64,000 nt of DNA from a virus (lineage: Duplodnaviria > Caudoviricetes): the IMG/VR virus record IMGVR_UViG_2909979649_000007, positions 1 through 64,000 of that record; one strand, given 5' to 3'. The notes beneath the pieces are model-generated. The model searched no databases and had not been told where the DNA came from. It saw only the letters and a list, made by a program, of their open reading frames with translations. Below are positions 37,343 to 45,951 of this stretch, piece by piece. Position 1 is the stretch's first letter. Each line of letters starts with the position of its first letter. The translations under genes were made by a program, and so were the position numbers.

Positions 37343-38458
37343 ATGCCACCACGCAAAAGAAGTAGGAAAAATCTAGGGCTAGAGCCTAACTTATATACCT
37401 ATGGACCAAAAAACGACTACTTCCGGTACAAGCACCCCCTTACTGGAAAGTACCACCCCATGGGTAAGAATCGAGCCAAAGCACAAGCGGCGGCTCGTCA
37501 GCTGAATATTAGGCTTGATGGCCAGTGTATGCTGGTCGCTCATGTGATGGACTCCGATGCAGCTAATGTTGAGCTGCTAATTGATAGGTTTAAAAAAGAG
37601 TTTTTACCTACTCGCAACCTTAAGCCTCGCAGCTTATTGAATTCTGAGTATCGATTAAATCGCATTGCCAGGGATATTGGAAAGCTGCCATTAAAAGAAC
37701 TTACAGTGCCAACTGTTGCTGACTATCTAGATAATAGTTTTTCAGGTGACTCTTACTGCCAACATCGATCAATTTTAATTCAAGTTTGTCGCTTCGGTAT
37801 CACTAAAGGATTACTAACTTTCAACCCCGCTGAAGTAACAATGAATAAAAAAGCTGAAAAAATACGGCAACGGATGACCATTGAGCAATACCACGCTATA
37901 TACCAATTAGCAGACCCTTGGTTGAAAAATGCTATGGATATTGGGTTAATTACCCTTCAACGTGCAGGTGATGTTGTAAAAATGAAGTTTGAGGACATCA
38001 AAGACAACCGCCTCTTTGTTATACAACAGAAGACAGAAAAGCATGGTGAATCAGCCTACCTGGCCATCAACATTGGCGAAGAGCTAGGTGCAGTTATTAA
38101 ACGAGCAAGCGAGAGTGGTATACGTAGCCCCTACATTGTTCACAGAAACCCTGACAGGCGCAGTAGCAGCCATCGGCGTAATGACCACTGGACAGCTATT
38201 AAGCGTGATTATCTCAGCCGAGCATTCTCTGAGGTGCGGGATAAAACTAACTTATTTAAGGAGTTAAAAGCCAGAGAGCGCCCCACCTTTCACGAAATAC
38301 GATCCCTGGGTGGCTACCTCTATGAAAAAGCGGGATACGACAAGGACTTTATTAGACGACTAATGGGTCATACTTCTGAAAAAATGACATCACATTACTT
38401 AGATGGTCATGCTAATCGATGGACAGAATGTTCAGCTGAACTAGTCATACCAGATTAG
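37343..38458 (+). CDS. int: Lambda-type tyrosine integrase with an arm-binding domain
   Basis: Catalytic R (LQRAGD), HxxR (FHEIRS), H (LMGHT) and Y (TSHYL). Confidence 0.96.
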   Translation: MPPRKRSRKNLGLEPNLYTYGPKNDYFRYKHPLTGKYHPMGKNRAKAQAAARQLNIRLDGQCMLVAHVMDSDAANVELLIDRFKKEFLPTRNLKPRSLLNSEYRLNRIARDIGKLPLKELTVPTVADYLDNSFSGDSYCQHRSILIQVCRFGITKGLLTFNPAEVTMNKKAEKIRQRMTIEQYHAIYQLADPWLKNAMDIGLITLQRAGDVVKMKFEDIKDNRLFVIQQKTEKHGESAYLAINIGEELGAVIKRASESGIRSPYIVHRNPDRRSSSHRRNDHWTAIKRDYLSRAFSEVRDKTNLFKELKARERPTFHEIRSLGGYLYEKAGYDKDFIRRLMGHTSEKMTSHYLDGHANRWTECSAELVIPD

Positions 38459-38541
38459 TGGTACTATCATAAATTACATTCCCCTTGGCAACCATGTGTA
38501 TATAAAAATTCGCTTCACGATTGCCAAGGCAATACATTTAT

Positions 38542-39324
38542 TTAAAGCCCATCGCTTTTCTTACTTATAACAATTACTCCAACAAGCTGATAATCCTCAT
38601 TTCCATCTAGTTCATATTCCTGTACATATGGATCATCAGGTCTAGGAAAATATCCCTCTTCAACTGTAAAAACATTTATATCTTGTGATACTTTATTTAG
38701 AATTGGCTCATGCCTTATATATTTTTTATAACGTTTTTTTATTTTTTCTTTGTTCTTATTTTTGTCTGAGTCGTTTATAGCTTTTCTAAAACTGTGAAAA
38801 GCCATAAATGCCGTAAAAGAAAGTTTTGAGACACCTGTAGTAAATTTTAAATTAAGGAGTTCACTATTTCTTTTCAAGTCTCGAAGAATATATTTTTTTA
38901 CTGGATTAAACCCCTTACATTCTATCACGCAAAGCGGATCGTGAATTATAGGATTCCTACTTTTTTTGTATACAGCAATATCAACTCTTCCTCTTCTACT
39001 TACCCTTTTTCCGGGACCATAAACTTCCCTCGGATATAGCCAACTTTTTTTTGACATAAGAGGCCTTCTTGAAGGACGTGGTTTACACCTAGATTCTAGC
39101 TTAGCTGTCTTATGTTCTAAGAAAATTTGGTATACCCCGCTTGTGAATGGCGTGCCTGGATCCTTGTTCAACTCATCAATTGCTTTAGCAGCATTTACTG
39201 TTAACAGGTACTCTGCTCCTATTGGCATGCTCTCATCTTGCAAGAAACGAAATGAATCCATGTGCGAAGTAAACATGGACTCTTTTAACTTTTTGATAAT
39301 TTCATCTTCCATGACTAAATCCAT
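38542..39324 (-). CDS. Hypothetical protein with a restriction-endonuclease-like PD-(D/E)XK motif
   Basis: RVDIAVY...VIECKG...RDLKR; AT-rich. Confidence 0.55.
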   Translation of the reverse strand: MDLVMEDEIIKKLKESMFTSHMDSFRFLQDESMPIGAEYLLTVNAAKAIDELNKDPGTPFTSGVYQIFLEHKTAKLESRCKPRPSRRPLMSKKSWLYPREVYGPGKRVSRRGRVDIAVYKKSRNPIIHDPLCVIECKGFNPVKKYILRDLKRNSELLNLKFTTGVSKLSFTAFMAFHSFRKAINDSDKNKNKEKIKKRYKKYIRHEPILNKVSQDINVFTVEEGYFPRPDDPYVQEYELDGNEDYQLVGVIVISKKSDGL

Positions 39325-39529
39325 ACAATACAGAAGGCTTTCAAACCGTCGATATCAGGGATCAAACTTCATTTACAAGTCATACCACGCTAATAGTAAC
39401 GTCACAAACTGTTGTTTTTAGATCATATAAGAATATAGCATGAAGTAGGGCTCAACTAAAAAAATAGACTTAGCGAACTAGATTACACGTCAACTGACTT
39501 CTAAAAACAGGGGTAGAATCTGGTGTTAT

Positions 39530-39560
39530 TTACTTAAAATATACTTAATTTATACTTAAA
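39530..39560 (+). repeat. Three TACTTAA direct repeats with an 11-bp period (possible Int arm or Xis sites)
   Basis: Units start at 39531, 39542 and 39553. Confidence 0.45.
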
Positions 39561-39590
39561 GAAGAATGATTCTTAATTGCAGAAAGGATG

Positions 39591-39603
39591 TAAGTAATTG
39601 AAT
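39591..39603. promoter_or_regulatory. IHF-like site, left of the att core
   Basis: TAAGTAATTGAAT, one mismatch to YAANNNNTTGATW. Confidence 0.45.
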
Positions 39604-39617
39604 CTAAAGAGAAAAAA

Positions 39618-39662
39618 TGGTCGGAGTGAGAGGATTCGAACCTCCGACCCCCACAACCCCAT
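39618..39662 (-). other. att site: 3' half of tRNA-Pro(GGG), anticodon loop to CCA
   Basis: ATGGGGT-TGTGG-GGGTC-GGAGGTTCGAATCCTCT-CACTCCG-ACCA; the 5' half is absent. Confidence 0.9.
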
Positions 39663-39682
39663 ATATATCCTATGATCTAGTA

Positions 39683-39695
39683 TAACCTATTGATT
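39683..39695. promoter_or_regulatory. IHF consensus site, right of the att core
   Basis: TAACCTATTGATT matches YAANNNNTTGATW. Confidence 0.6.
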
Positions 39696-40186
39696 TTATT
39701 GAAAAAAGCACCCTCTTGTCCTACACCCATTATAGCCATTATACCCCCTTATGAATCCTGGGCTACAAGGTGCATATTGCAGACATTCTGGGCCTTTGGG
39801 ATAGGTAACACCTGTCGTGGTTAAAATTTAGGCTTCTTGTCTTTTGATCTATCGTCTAACAATCGATCCCCTACCCCACTCAGCTGGCCTCTACTTTTCA
39901 TTCTGAAGACGCTCCACTTTCTATAAATTCAGGCCATTACCAGAACCAATATTTAGATTAATTATTTATATTTATAGATGTTTTTATAACCTTAATATAT
40001 CGCTTTTACGTCAATAAGGTCCTTTTGCATCAGTTAGTGAACTAAATACACAACAGATCAATTTATCGTTTGGTTCTAAAAATATTTCCTGGAAGAATTT
40101 CCCCTAATTTTTCAGTATCATAGCTTTTTAAATAGCACCAGGTGTGAATACACCCTTTTTCAATCATTGATTAACAAGGGCTAAGA

Positions 40187-40408
40187 ATGTCTGAAAATAA
40201 ACCCTGGAATAATAACCAAATACAAAAGTTAATAGCTGAGTTAAACCAATCGTCGTTGACGACAGATGAGATTGGTCATGTGAGCATAGAAGAGTATAAG
40301 GAGTTAAAAAATAAATATTTAAAAGTGACTATGAAAGCTATAGAAATGGAGCAAGCTTTACGCACAATTAATAGAGCATCAAATATTGCTCTTTTGGATG
40401 AGTGTTAA
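40187..40408 (+). CDS. Hypothetical protein (coiled)
   Basis: 73-aa ORF. Confidence 0.45.
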   Translation: MSENKPWNNNQIQKLIAELNQSSLTTDEIGHVSIEEYKELKNKYLKVTMKAIEMEQALRTINRASNIALLDEC

Positions 40409-40573
40409 TATCGAAGAATAAGTTATCTGGTTAGCTATGGTGTTGAAGTACATAGCAAGCCGAAAAATAAGCTGTAAGTAACCGTGTTTAGTCTTGCTTC
40501 CAGCCACATCATATAGCAGGCCCAATATTGGGTTAGCTTTCCTTTCTTGTTCCTTTTTCATGTTCTTTGTCAA
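40379..40573 (-). CDS. Hypothetical small protein
   Basis: 64-aa ORF, convergent overlap. Confidence 0.3.
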   Translation of the reverse strand: MTKNMKKEQERKANPILGLLYDVAGSKTKHGYLQLIFRLAMYFNTIANQITYSSILTLIQKSNI

Positions 40574-40762
40574 GCTTGATTGGGTGGTATTTTCTACGTA
40601 GTTACCGAGCCATAATCACTCACACTTATGATTAATTACTTTCCCTATAACTGAAATTAATAAACGTGAATTAAATTTGATCTTTGCTTGTGTGTGAGTA
40701 AAAATTGCGCATTTTCATGTTTGCAAAACATAGTTTTGATCGTTTCAGAAGTGGATGTGTGA

Positions 40763-42307
40763 ATGAGCATTAATGTAAAGTTGTCTTTCTTGTTGGGGGC
40801 TGGGTTAGCCTCAGTTCTTTGTTGTAGCACTCAGGCTGAAGTTAGATGGTATGCTCCTTACACTTCACATGATCCATGGAAAACAGACAGTATATCAGGT
40901 GTCTATGTAGCCACTCCCTATGAGTCTTGCATAGAGCAGATGAATTCGTATCAGCGTTCTGCAGATGCTTTTAGGAAAGATGGCCGAGGATATAGTTTTT
41001 TAGCTGTTGAAAATACTTATTGGGCAGGGAAGGTAAATCCTAATTTTAAAAAGTGCTCTTATTTATTTACTTATCCAAATGGCTATAGCTATCAATGGCA
41101 CCTGAATGCAGGTCTTCAAGGAAAAGGGTGTGAGTCTCCTTTAGTCTTTGACGAGAAAGTCAGTGGTTGTATTAACAAAAATGCACAGCCTCAAAGCTGC
41201 GAGACGTTAAAAGGAAACCCTGTCAATATTGCTACAGGCAATAAAATTCAGTGGTTTACTGACTTAAGCTTGTCCAACTTATCTATTAAGCGCCTTTATC
41301 TTCAAGCAGGTAAAACGGGTAGTTGGCGTTTTAGCTTTAGTCGTAAGTTAAGTGTTTATCTCAGTGCCGATAACCTCATTGCCCACATCACTCGTGACAA
41401 CGGCCAGGAAGTAGTTATGTACCAAGAAGATGGTGTTTGGCAGGATGATGATGCTAACGGTTATCAAGTTAAGGCATTGGAAAATGGTCAATACCAGCTA
41501 GTAACAGCTGCTAACTTAACCGAGACCTATGATAATCAAGGCCGCTTAATTAAAGTTGAGTCTCCCTCACAGCAGGCAATAGAATTGGCTTATGAGGATA
41601 AAAAGTTAGTTATTAGTCAAGGCAATTCATCGATTAACTATCACCTCAACGATAATCAGCAAATTACCCGTATTGAAAGCGGTAGTTTAGTGCGTAATTA
41701 TCAATATGATGAGCAAGGTCAATTAACGAGTGCTGATTTTAATGGTAACTATAAGGAAACCTACCATTATGAGAATGATCAGTATCCTACCTTATTAACG
41801 GGTATTACCAACGCGAACAATCAACGTTATGCTACTTGGCAGTATGATGAAAAGGGCCGTGCCACAGTTAGTAAACACGCAGGGGATGTAGATAATGTTA
41901 CGTTTAGCTATCCTGATGAAAACTCAACGACTGTTACTAATCCTCTCGGTAAGAAAACCACGTATCGTTTTGAGGAAATAAATGGTTTTCGTAAAGTAAA
42001 ATCAGTGGAAGGTCATGCCTCTGCTAATTGCTTAGCCGCTAATAAAGACTACGAATATTTCGATAATGGGTTATTAAAATCCAAAACCGATTGGCAAGGT
42101 GTTAAAACTACTTATCAATATAATGATCGTGGTTTAGCAACTGAAAAAACAGAAGCGGCAGGTACACCACAAGCTCGAACAGTATCCACGGAATGGCACG
42201 AAACCTTTAGTTTACCAGTAAAGGTGACAGAACCAGGTAAAACCACCATTTACGAATATAGCGATAAAGGCCAGCTAACAAGTCAACGGCAGGAAAGCGC
42301 TAAATAA
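40763..42307 (+). CDS. Rhs/YD-repeat protein, N-terminal chain (signal peptide, DUF6531-like domain, YD repeats)
   Basis: Signal peptide ending STQA; GNPVNIATGNK; repeated YD units; no Rhs core. Confidence 0.88.
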   Translation: MSINVKLSFLLGAGLASVLCCSTQAEVRWYAPYTSHDPWKTDSISGVYVATPYESCIEQMNSYQRSADAFRKDGRGYSFLAVENTYWAGKVNPNFKKCSYLFTYPNGYSYQWHLNAGLQGKGCESPLVFDEKVSGCINKNAQPQSCETLKGNPVNIATGNKIQWFTDLSLSNLSIKRLYLQAGKTGSWRFSFSRKLSVYLSADNLIAHITRDNGQEVVMYQEDGVWQDDDANGYQVKALENGQYQLVTAANLTETYDNQGRLIKVESPSQQAIELAYEDKKLVISQGNSSINYHLNDNQQITRIESGSLVRNYQYDEQGQLTSADFNGNYKETYHYENDQYPTLLTGITNANNQRYATWQYDEKGRATVSKHAGDVDNVTFSYPDENSTTVTNPLGKKTTYRFEEINGFRKVKSVEGHASANCLAANKDYEYFDNGLLKSKTDWQGVKTTYQYNDRGLATEKTEAAGTPQARTVSTEWHETFSLPVKVTEPGKTTIYEYSDKGQLTSQRQESAK

Positions 42308-42383
42308 AATCAATTAATTTAAATTGCTAGGCGGCACTAGACCGCCTTGGCCAGGTTTTAAATTTATTTTGAGTAGTCATATT

Positions 42384-45014
42384 ATGCAGTTTAAACAGAC
42401 TTTATTAGCCGGGGCTTTATCGTTAGTTATTTCCCCGTTAGCGCTTTCAGCGATCACTACTAATACCAGCTATCAATATAATGACCAGAACAAGGTTAGC
42501 CAAATTGATGGTCCACGCACTGATGTGCAAGATATCACTCAATTTCGTTACAACAATGAAGGGCAATTAACCGAAGTTGTTAATGCACTGGGACATTCGA
42601 CACAATTATCTGACCATAATGCCTTTGGAAATCCCCAGAAAATTACTGATGCTAATGGCACGGTAACTAATCTGTCCTATGATGAGATGGGGCAATTAAC
42701 CCAATCCACTATTAAAAGTACAGCGGGTGATATCACCACTCGCTTTGAATACGATGCCATTGGCCAAGTGACAGCGATCTATTTACCCAATAGCAGTGAA
42801 TTGCATTATGAATATGATGGAGCGAAACGTTTAACGGCTATTCAAAATGGTTTAGGCGAGCGTGTCGAATATCAACACGATAATGCTGGGAATATTACTA
42901 AGCAGGTCGTTAAATCTTCTACTGGCGCAGTAGTCAGCCAATTTAGCCAGGCTTATGATGAAATGAGTAGACTGTTAAAGTCTGTTGGCGCTAATGGTCA
43001 AACCAGCCGGTTTGAATACGATAAAAACAGTAATACAACAGGTGCAACTAATCCTCGTAATTATAAAAGTGGTAATGCGTATGATGCGTTAAATCGGTTA
43101 GTCACTAGCACTGATGCATTAAACCAAAACACCCAATTTAAATACGATTCGCAAGATAATTTAACCCAAGTCACTGACCCGCGCGGCGTTACCACCACTT
43201 ATCAATATGATGGTTTAGGGCGTTTGGTAAAAGAAGTCAGCCCTAGCAGTGGTGAAACGGTTTATAGCCATGATGCCGCCGGTAATGTGACTCAAAAGGT
43301 AGATGGCCGTGGTGTTGTTACCAAATACAGCTATGACGCTTTAAACCGTCAAACCAGCCGGTCTTATCCTGCTAGTCCAGAGCTGAATGTTACTTACCTT
43401 TATGATGGCACCAATGATGGTAACAAAGGCATTGGCCGCTTAACGGGCATTCAGGATCAATCAGGCTTAATTGCTTACCAATATGATGACCGGGGTAATG
43501 TTACCAAAACCATGCGCTCGGTTAGCTTCAATGGTAAGGATCAATTCTTTGGTGTGGCCTATGGCTACAACCTAGCTAACCAACTGACTCGTATCCAATA
43601 CCCCTCTGGTTTAACTATCAGCTACCAACGCAATAGCAATGGGCAAGTTAACCAGGTTACCGGTCAATTTAAGGGCAGCGATCAGGTCATTAATTTAGCC
43701 AACAATATTGGCTATGTACCGTTTGGCCCTGTACAACAACTGACGTGGGGTAATGGGAAAACCTTAAACCGCCAATATGATCAGGACTTACAGTTAATTC
43801 AGCAAACGGTACAAGGCATCCAAGAGCTGAATTACCAGTACGATCCAAACGGAAACATTACCGGCATTGATAACTTATTAGCTCAGCAAAACAACAGCTC
43901 ATATGGTTATGATGCGTTAGACCGCTTAATCGAAGAGCAAGCTAACTATGGCCGTAAAACCTATGAATATGATCCGGTCGGTAACCGTACTAAGCGTACA
44001 ACCGAAAAAGCCGGTAAAACTGAAACCCAAAAACTAACTTATGCCGAAAACAGCAACCGCTTAATCAAGCATGAAGAAAGCAATGTCAGTTATGACGGCA
44101 TGGGCAATACCCAAAATAATGGTAATGGTTTACAGCTCCAATATGATGGTCAAGGGCGATTAAAAGCTGTTGTTAAAGGTGGAACTACCCAAGCTGAATA
44201 CCGTTATAACGCGATTGGCGAACGATTAGTAAAAGTCTTAAATAACCAAACCGTTATTTACAACTATGACCAAAACGGGCAACTGTTAGCAGAAGCTTAT
44301 TACAACGCTAACAACCAGCTGTTCTACACCCGCAACTATGCATGGTTAGGTACTCAACCAATTGCCATGTTAGAGCAATGGCTAAACGACAAAGGCCAAA
44401 GCACTAAACAGCAAGTGGCGTATATTCACAGTGATCACCTTAACACCCCGCGAGTTGCCTCCAATACAGCAGGCCAGGCTGTTTGGCAGTGGCAATCAGA
44501 TGCCTTTGGGGTTGGCCGGGCCAATGAAGATGTTGATGGCAATGGCCAGAAAACAGTGGTTGCACTGCGTTTTCCTGGGCAGGTTTTTGACCCAGAGTCA
44601 GGACTACACTACAACTACTTTAGGGATTATGACCCTAACCTTGGACGCTATGTTCAGAGTGATCCGATTGGACTTGAAGGTGGACTGAATACTTATGCTT
44701 ATGTATTGGGTAACCCTCTAAAATACTCAGACTCTACTGGAGAGGCAGCAAATCCAGTATCAACTGCTGGAGGAGCAGTCCTTGGCTTCGGTTGGGGAGT
44801 AGTAAGTGAAGTTACTTCTCAAATTCAAAATGGATTTGATCCAGTAAAAATCATATTATACCCGATTGCTGATGGAGTAACAGGAGCAATGGCTTGTAGT
44901 ATGAATCCATATTTAATGGGAGGAGCATATCCTGCAAATACTACTATGAAGCGTGCTGCTGATGCATTATCTAATGGCTTAAAAGAAGCAATGTCAGGTA
45001 TGGCAGGCAATTAA
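42384..45014 (+). CDS. Rhs protein, C-terminal chain (own signal peptide, YD repeats, Rhs core, 90-aa tip)
   Basis: MQFKQTLLAGALSLVISPLALSA; RFPGQ...SGLHYNYFRDYDP...GRYVQSDPIGLEGG...DSTG. Confidence 0.92.
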   Translation: MQFKQTLLAGALSLVISPLALSAITTNTSYQYNDQNKVSQIDGPRTDVQDITQFRYNNEGQLTEVVNALGHSTQLSDHNAFGNPQKITDANGTVTNLSYDEMGQLTQSTIKSTAGDITTRFEYDAIGQVTAIYLPNSSELHYEYDGAKRLTAIQNGLGERVEYQHDNAGNITKQVVKSSTGAVVSQFSQAYDEMSRLLKSVGANGQTSRFEYDKNSNTTGATNPRNYKSGNAYDALNRLVTSTDALNQNTQFKYDSQDNLTQVTDPRGVTTTYQYDGLGRLVKEVSPSSGETVYSHDAAGNVTQKVDGRGVVTKYSYDALNRQTSRSYPASPELNVTYLYDGTNDGNKGIGRLTGIQDQSGLIAYQYDDRGNVTKTMRSVSFNGKDQFFGVAYGYNLANQLTRIQYPSGLTISYQRNSNGQVNQVTGQFKGSDQVINLANNIGYVPFGPVQQLTWGNGKTLNRQYDQDLQLIQQTVQGIQELNYQYDPNGNITGIDNLLAQQNNSSYGYDALDRLIEEQANYGRKTYEYDPVGNRTKRTTEKAGKTETQKLTYAENSNRLIKHEESNVSYDGMGNTQNNGNGLQLQYDGQGRLKAVVKGGTTQAEYRYNAIGERLVKVLNNQTVIYNYDQNGQLLAEAYYNANNQLFYTRNYAWLGTQPIAMLEQWLNDKGQSTKQQVAYIHSDHLNTPRVASNTAGQAVWQWQSDAFGVGRANEDVDGNGQKTVVALRFPGQVFDPESGLHYNYFRDYDPNLGRYVQSDPIGLEGGLNTYAYVLGNPLKYSDSTGEAANPVSTAGGAVLGFGWGVVSEVTSQIQNGFDPVKIILYPIADGVTGAMACSMNPYLMGGAYPANTTMKRAADALSNGLKEAMSGMAGN

Positions 45015-45120
45015 TACTACTATAATACTAGAGCCAAGCATTGCTTGGCATCTGAAAAAAGTTTAGTTTTTAAAATTTTAAGCCATAGCAAAATATAAAT
45101 TTTGGTATTCAGGATTAAAA

Positions 45121-45354
45121 GTGAAATATTTAATAAATAATATTATTACCTCAAATAATGCAAAGTACTTTGTGAAAAATAGACTAACATTGTGCTGTTG
45201 TTTGTTTGCACACTTTCTAGCTTTAGTTGGCACATTACATGGAGAAGTTACTAGTGCTATACCTTTATTTTTTATGTTTGTTTTACCTACTATTTATCTT
45301 CTAATAATGAAGGGTATGTTCGATAAGCAAAAAATTAGTACTAACTCAGAATAA
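45121..45354 (+). CDS. Small 2-TM protein, candidate Rhs immunity protein
   Basis: Directly downstream of the Rhs tip, same strand, AT-rich. Confidence 0.4.
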   Translation: MKYLINNIITSNNAKYFVKNRLTLCCCLFAHFLALVGTLHGEVTSAIPLFFMFVLPTIYLLIMKGMFDKQKISTNSE

Positions 45355-45951
45355 TTAAGTTTCTACAAAAAACCCCACTTTGAATTATGTTTTAAAATCA
45401 AGCTTTCCAATAAAGCTTTAGCGATTTTAATCTCTTCCTCATCAAACTGATTGAGAGAGCCTCAAACTGGTGTTTCAGCTCTATCTCTAGGCTCTCCGTT
45501 TGAAGATTGATTCAAGGTGGAGCACACTAAACTACTAGTATACACTTTGATGGTAATCAAAGTAGATAAGCCCCTGCTAATCAGCGGGCTTACCTGCTCT
45601 CCCCTCCTATCGTTTATCACCTTGTTCATCTACTTCGTATACGCTTGCCACCCATCCAGGCAAAGATAGGCTTAGACATGGAGTCTCCTTCTACAAGGTG
45701 TAGCGAACCAAATTACCGTCATACTTTTTACCAAATTATTGGTCGTACAGTTTGGTGGTTATTTAGGGAAGGTGCGATGAAGGTTAATAAGGCTAGGGGT
45801 AATTGGCGCTTCATTCTACTGGCTGTTTTGTGTTGTCGCTTAAGTAGAATAGTAGATATTTTGAAGAAAATAAATTTTCTGGTGTTTTTTAATGGTTAGA
45901 TTAATATCTTCTTGATCTCAATAGAGGATAGTTGCAATAAGCTCAACTGTA

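Larger units (their letters stand above)
1..39617. mobile_element. Prophage 1 (HK97-type head, P2-type contractile tail, lambdoid early region); left boundary probably lies outside the window
   Basis: Continuous tail, head, lysis, Q, O/P, repressor, xis and int gene order from 4055 to 38458; att-like tRNA fragment at 39618. Including 1-3867 is an inference from position. Confidence 0.85.

Noticed and set aside
39618-39662. Intact tRNA-Pro gene
   Set aside because: The sequence upstream of the anticodon loop is ATATAT-type DNA with no D-arm or 5' acceptor strand; only the 3' half is present.
42308-42383. Rhs split as a sequencing error or simple nonsense decay
   Set aside because: The second ORF begins with a clear signal-peptide-like sequence that would not be expected in the middle of a broken gene.
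45360-45950. 84-aa ORF 45645-45899 and nearby hairpin (AAGCCC...GGGCTT)
   Set aside because: TTG start, no motif and no clear RBS; the hairpin is compatible with an ordinary terminator between convergent loci.
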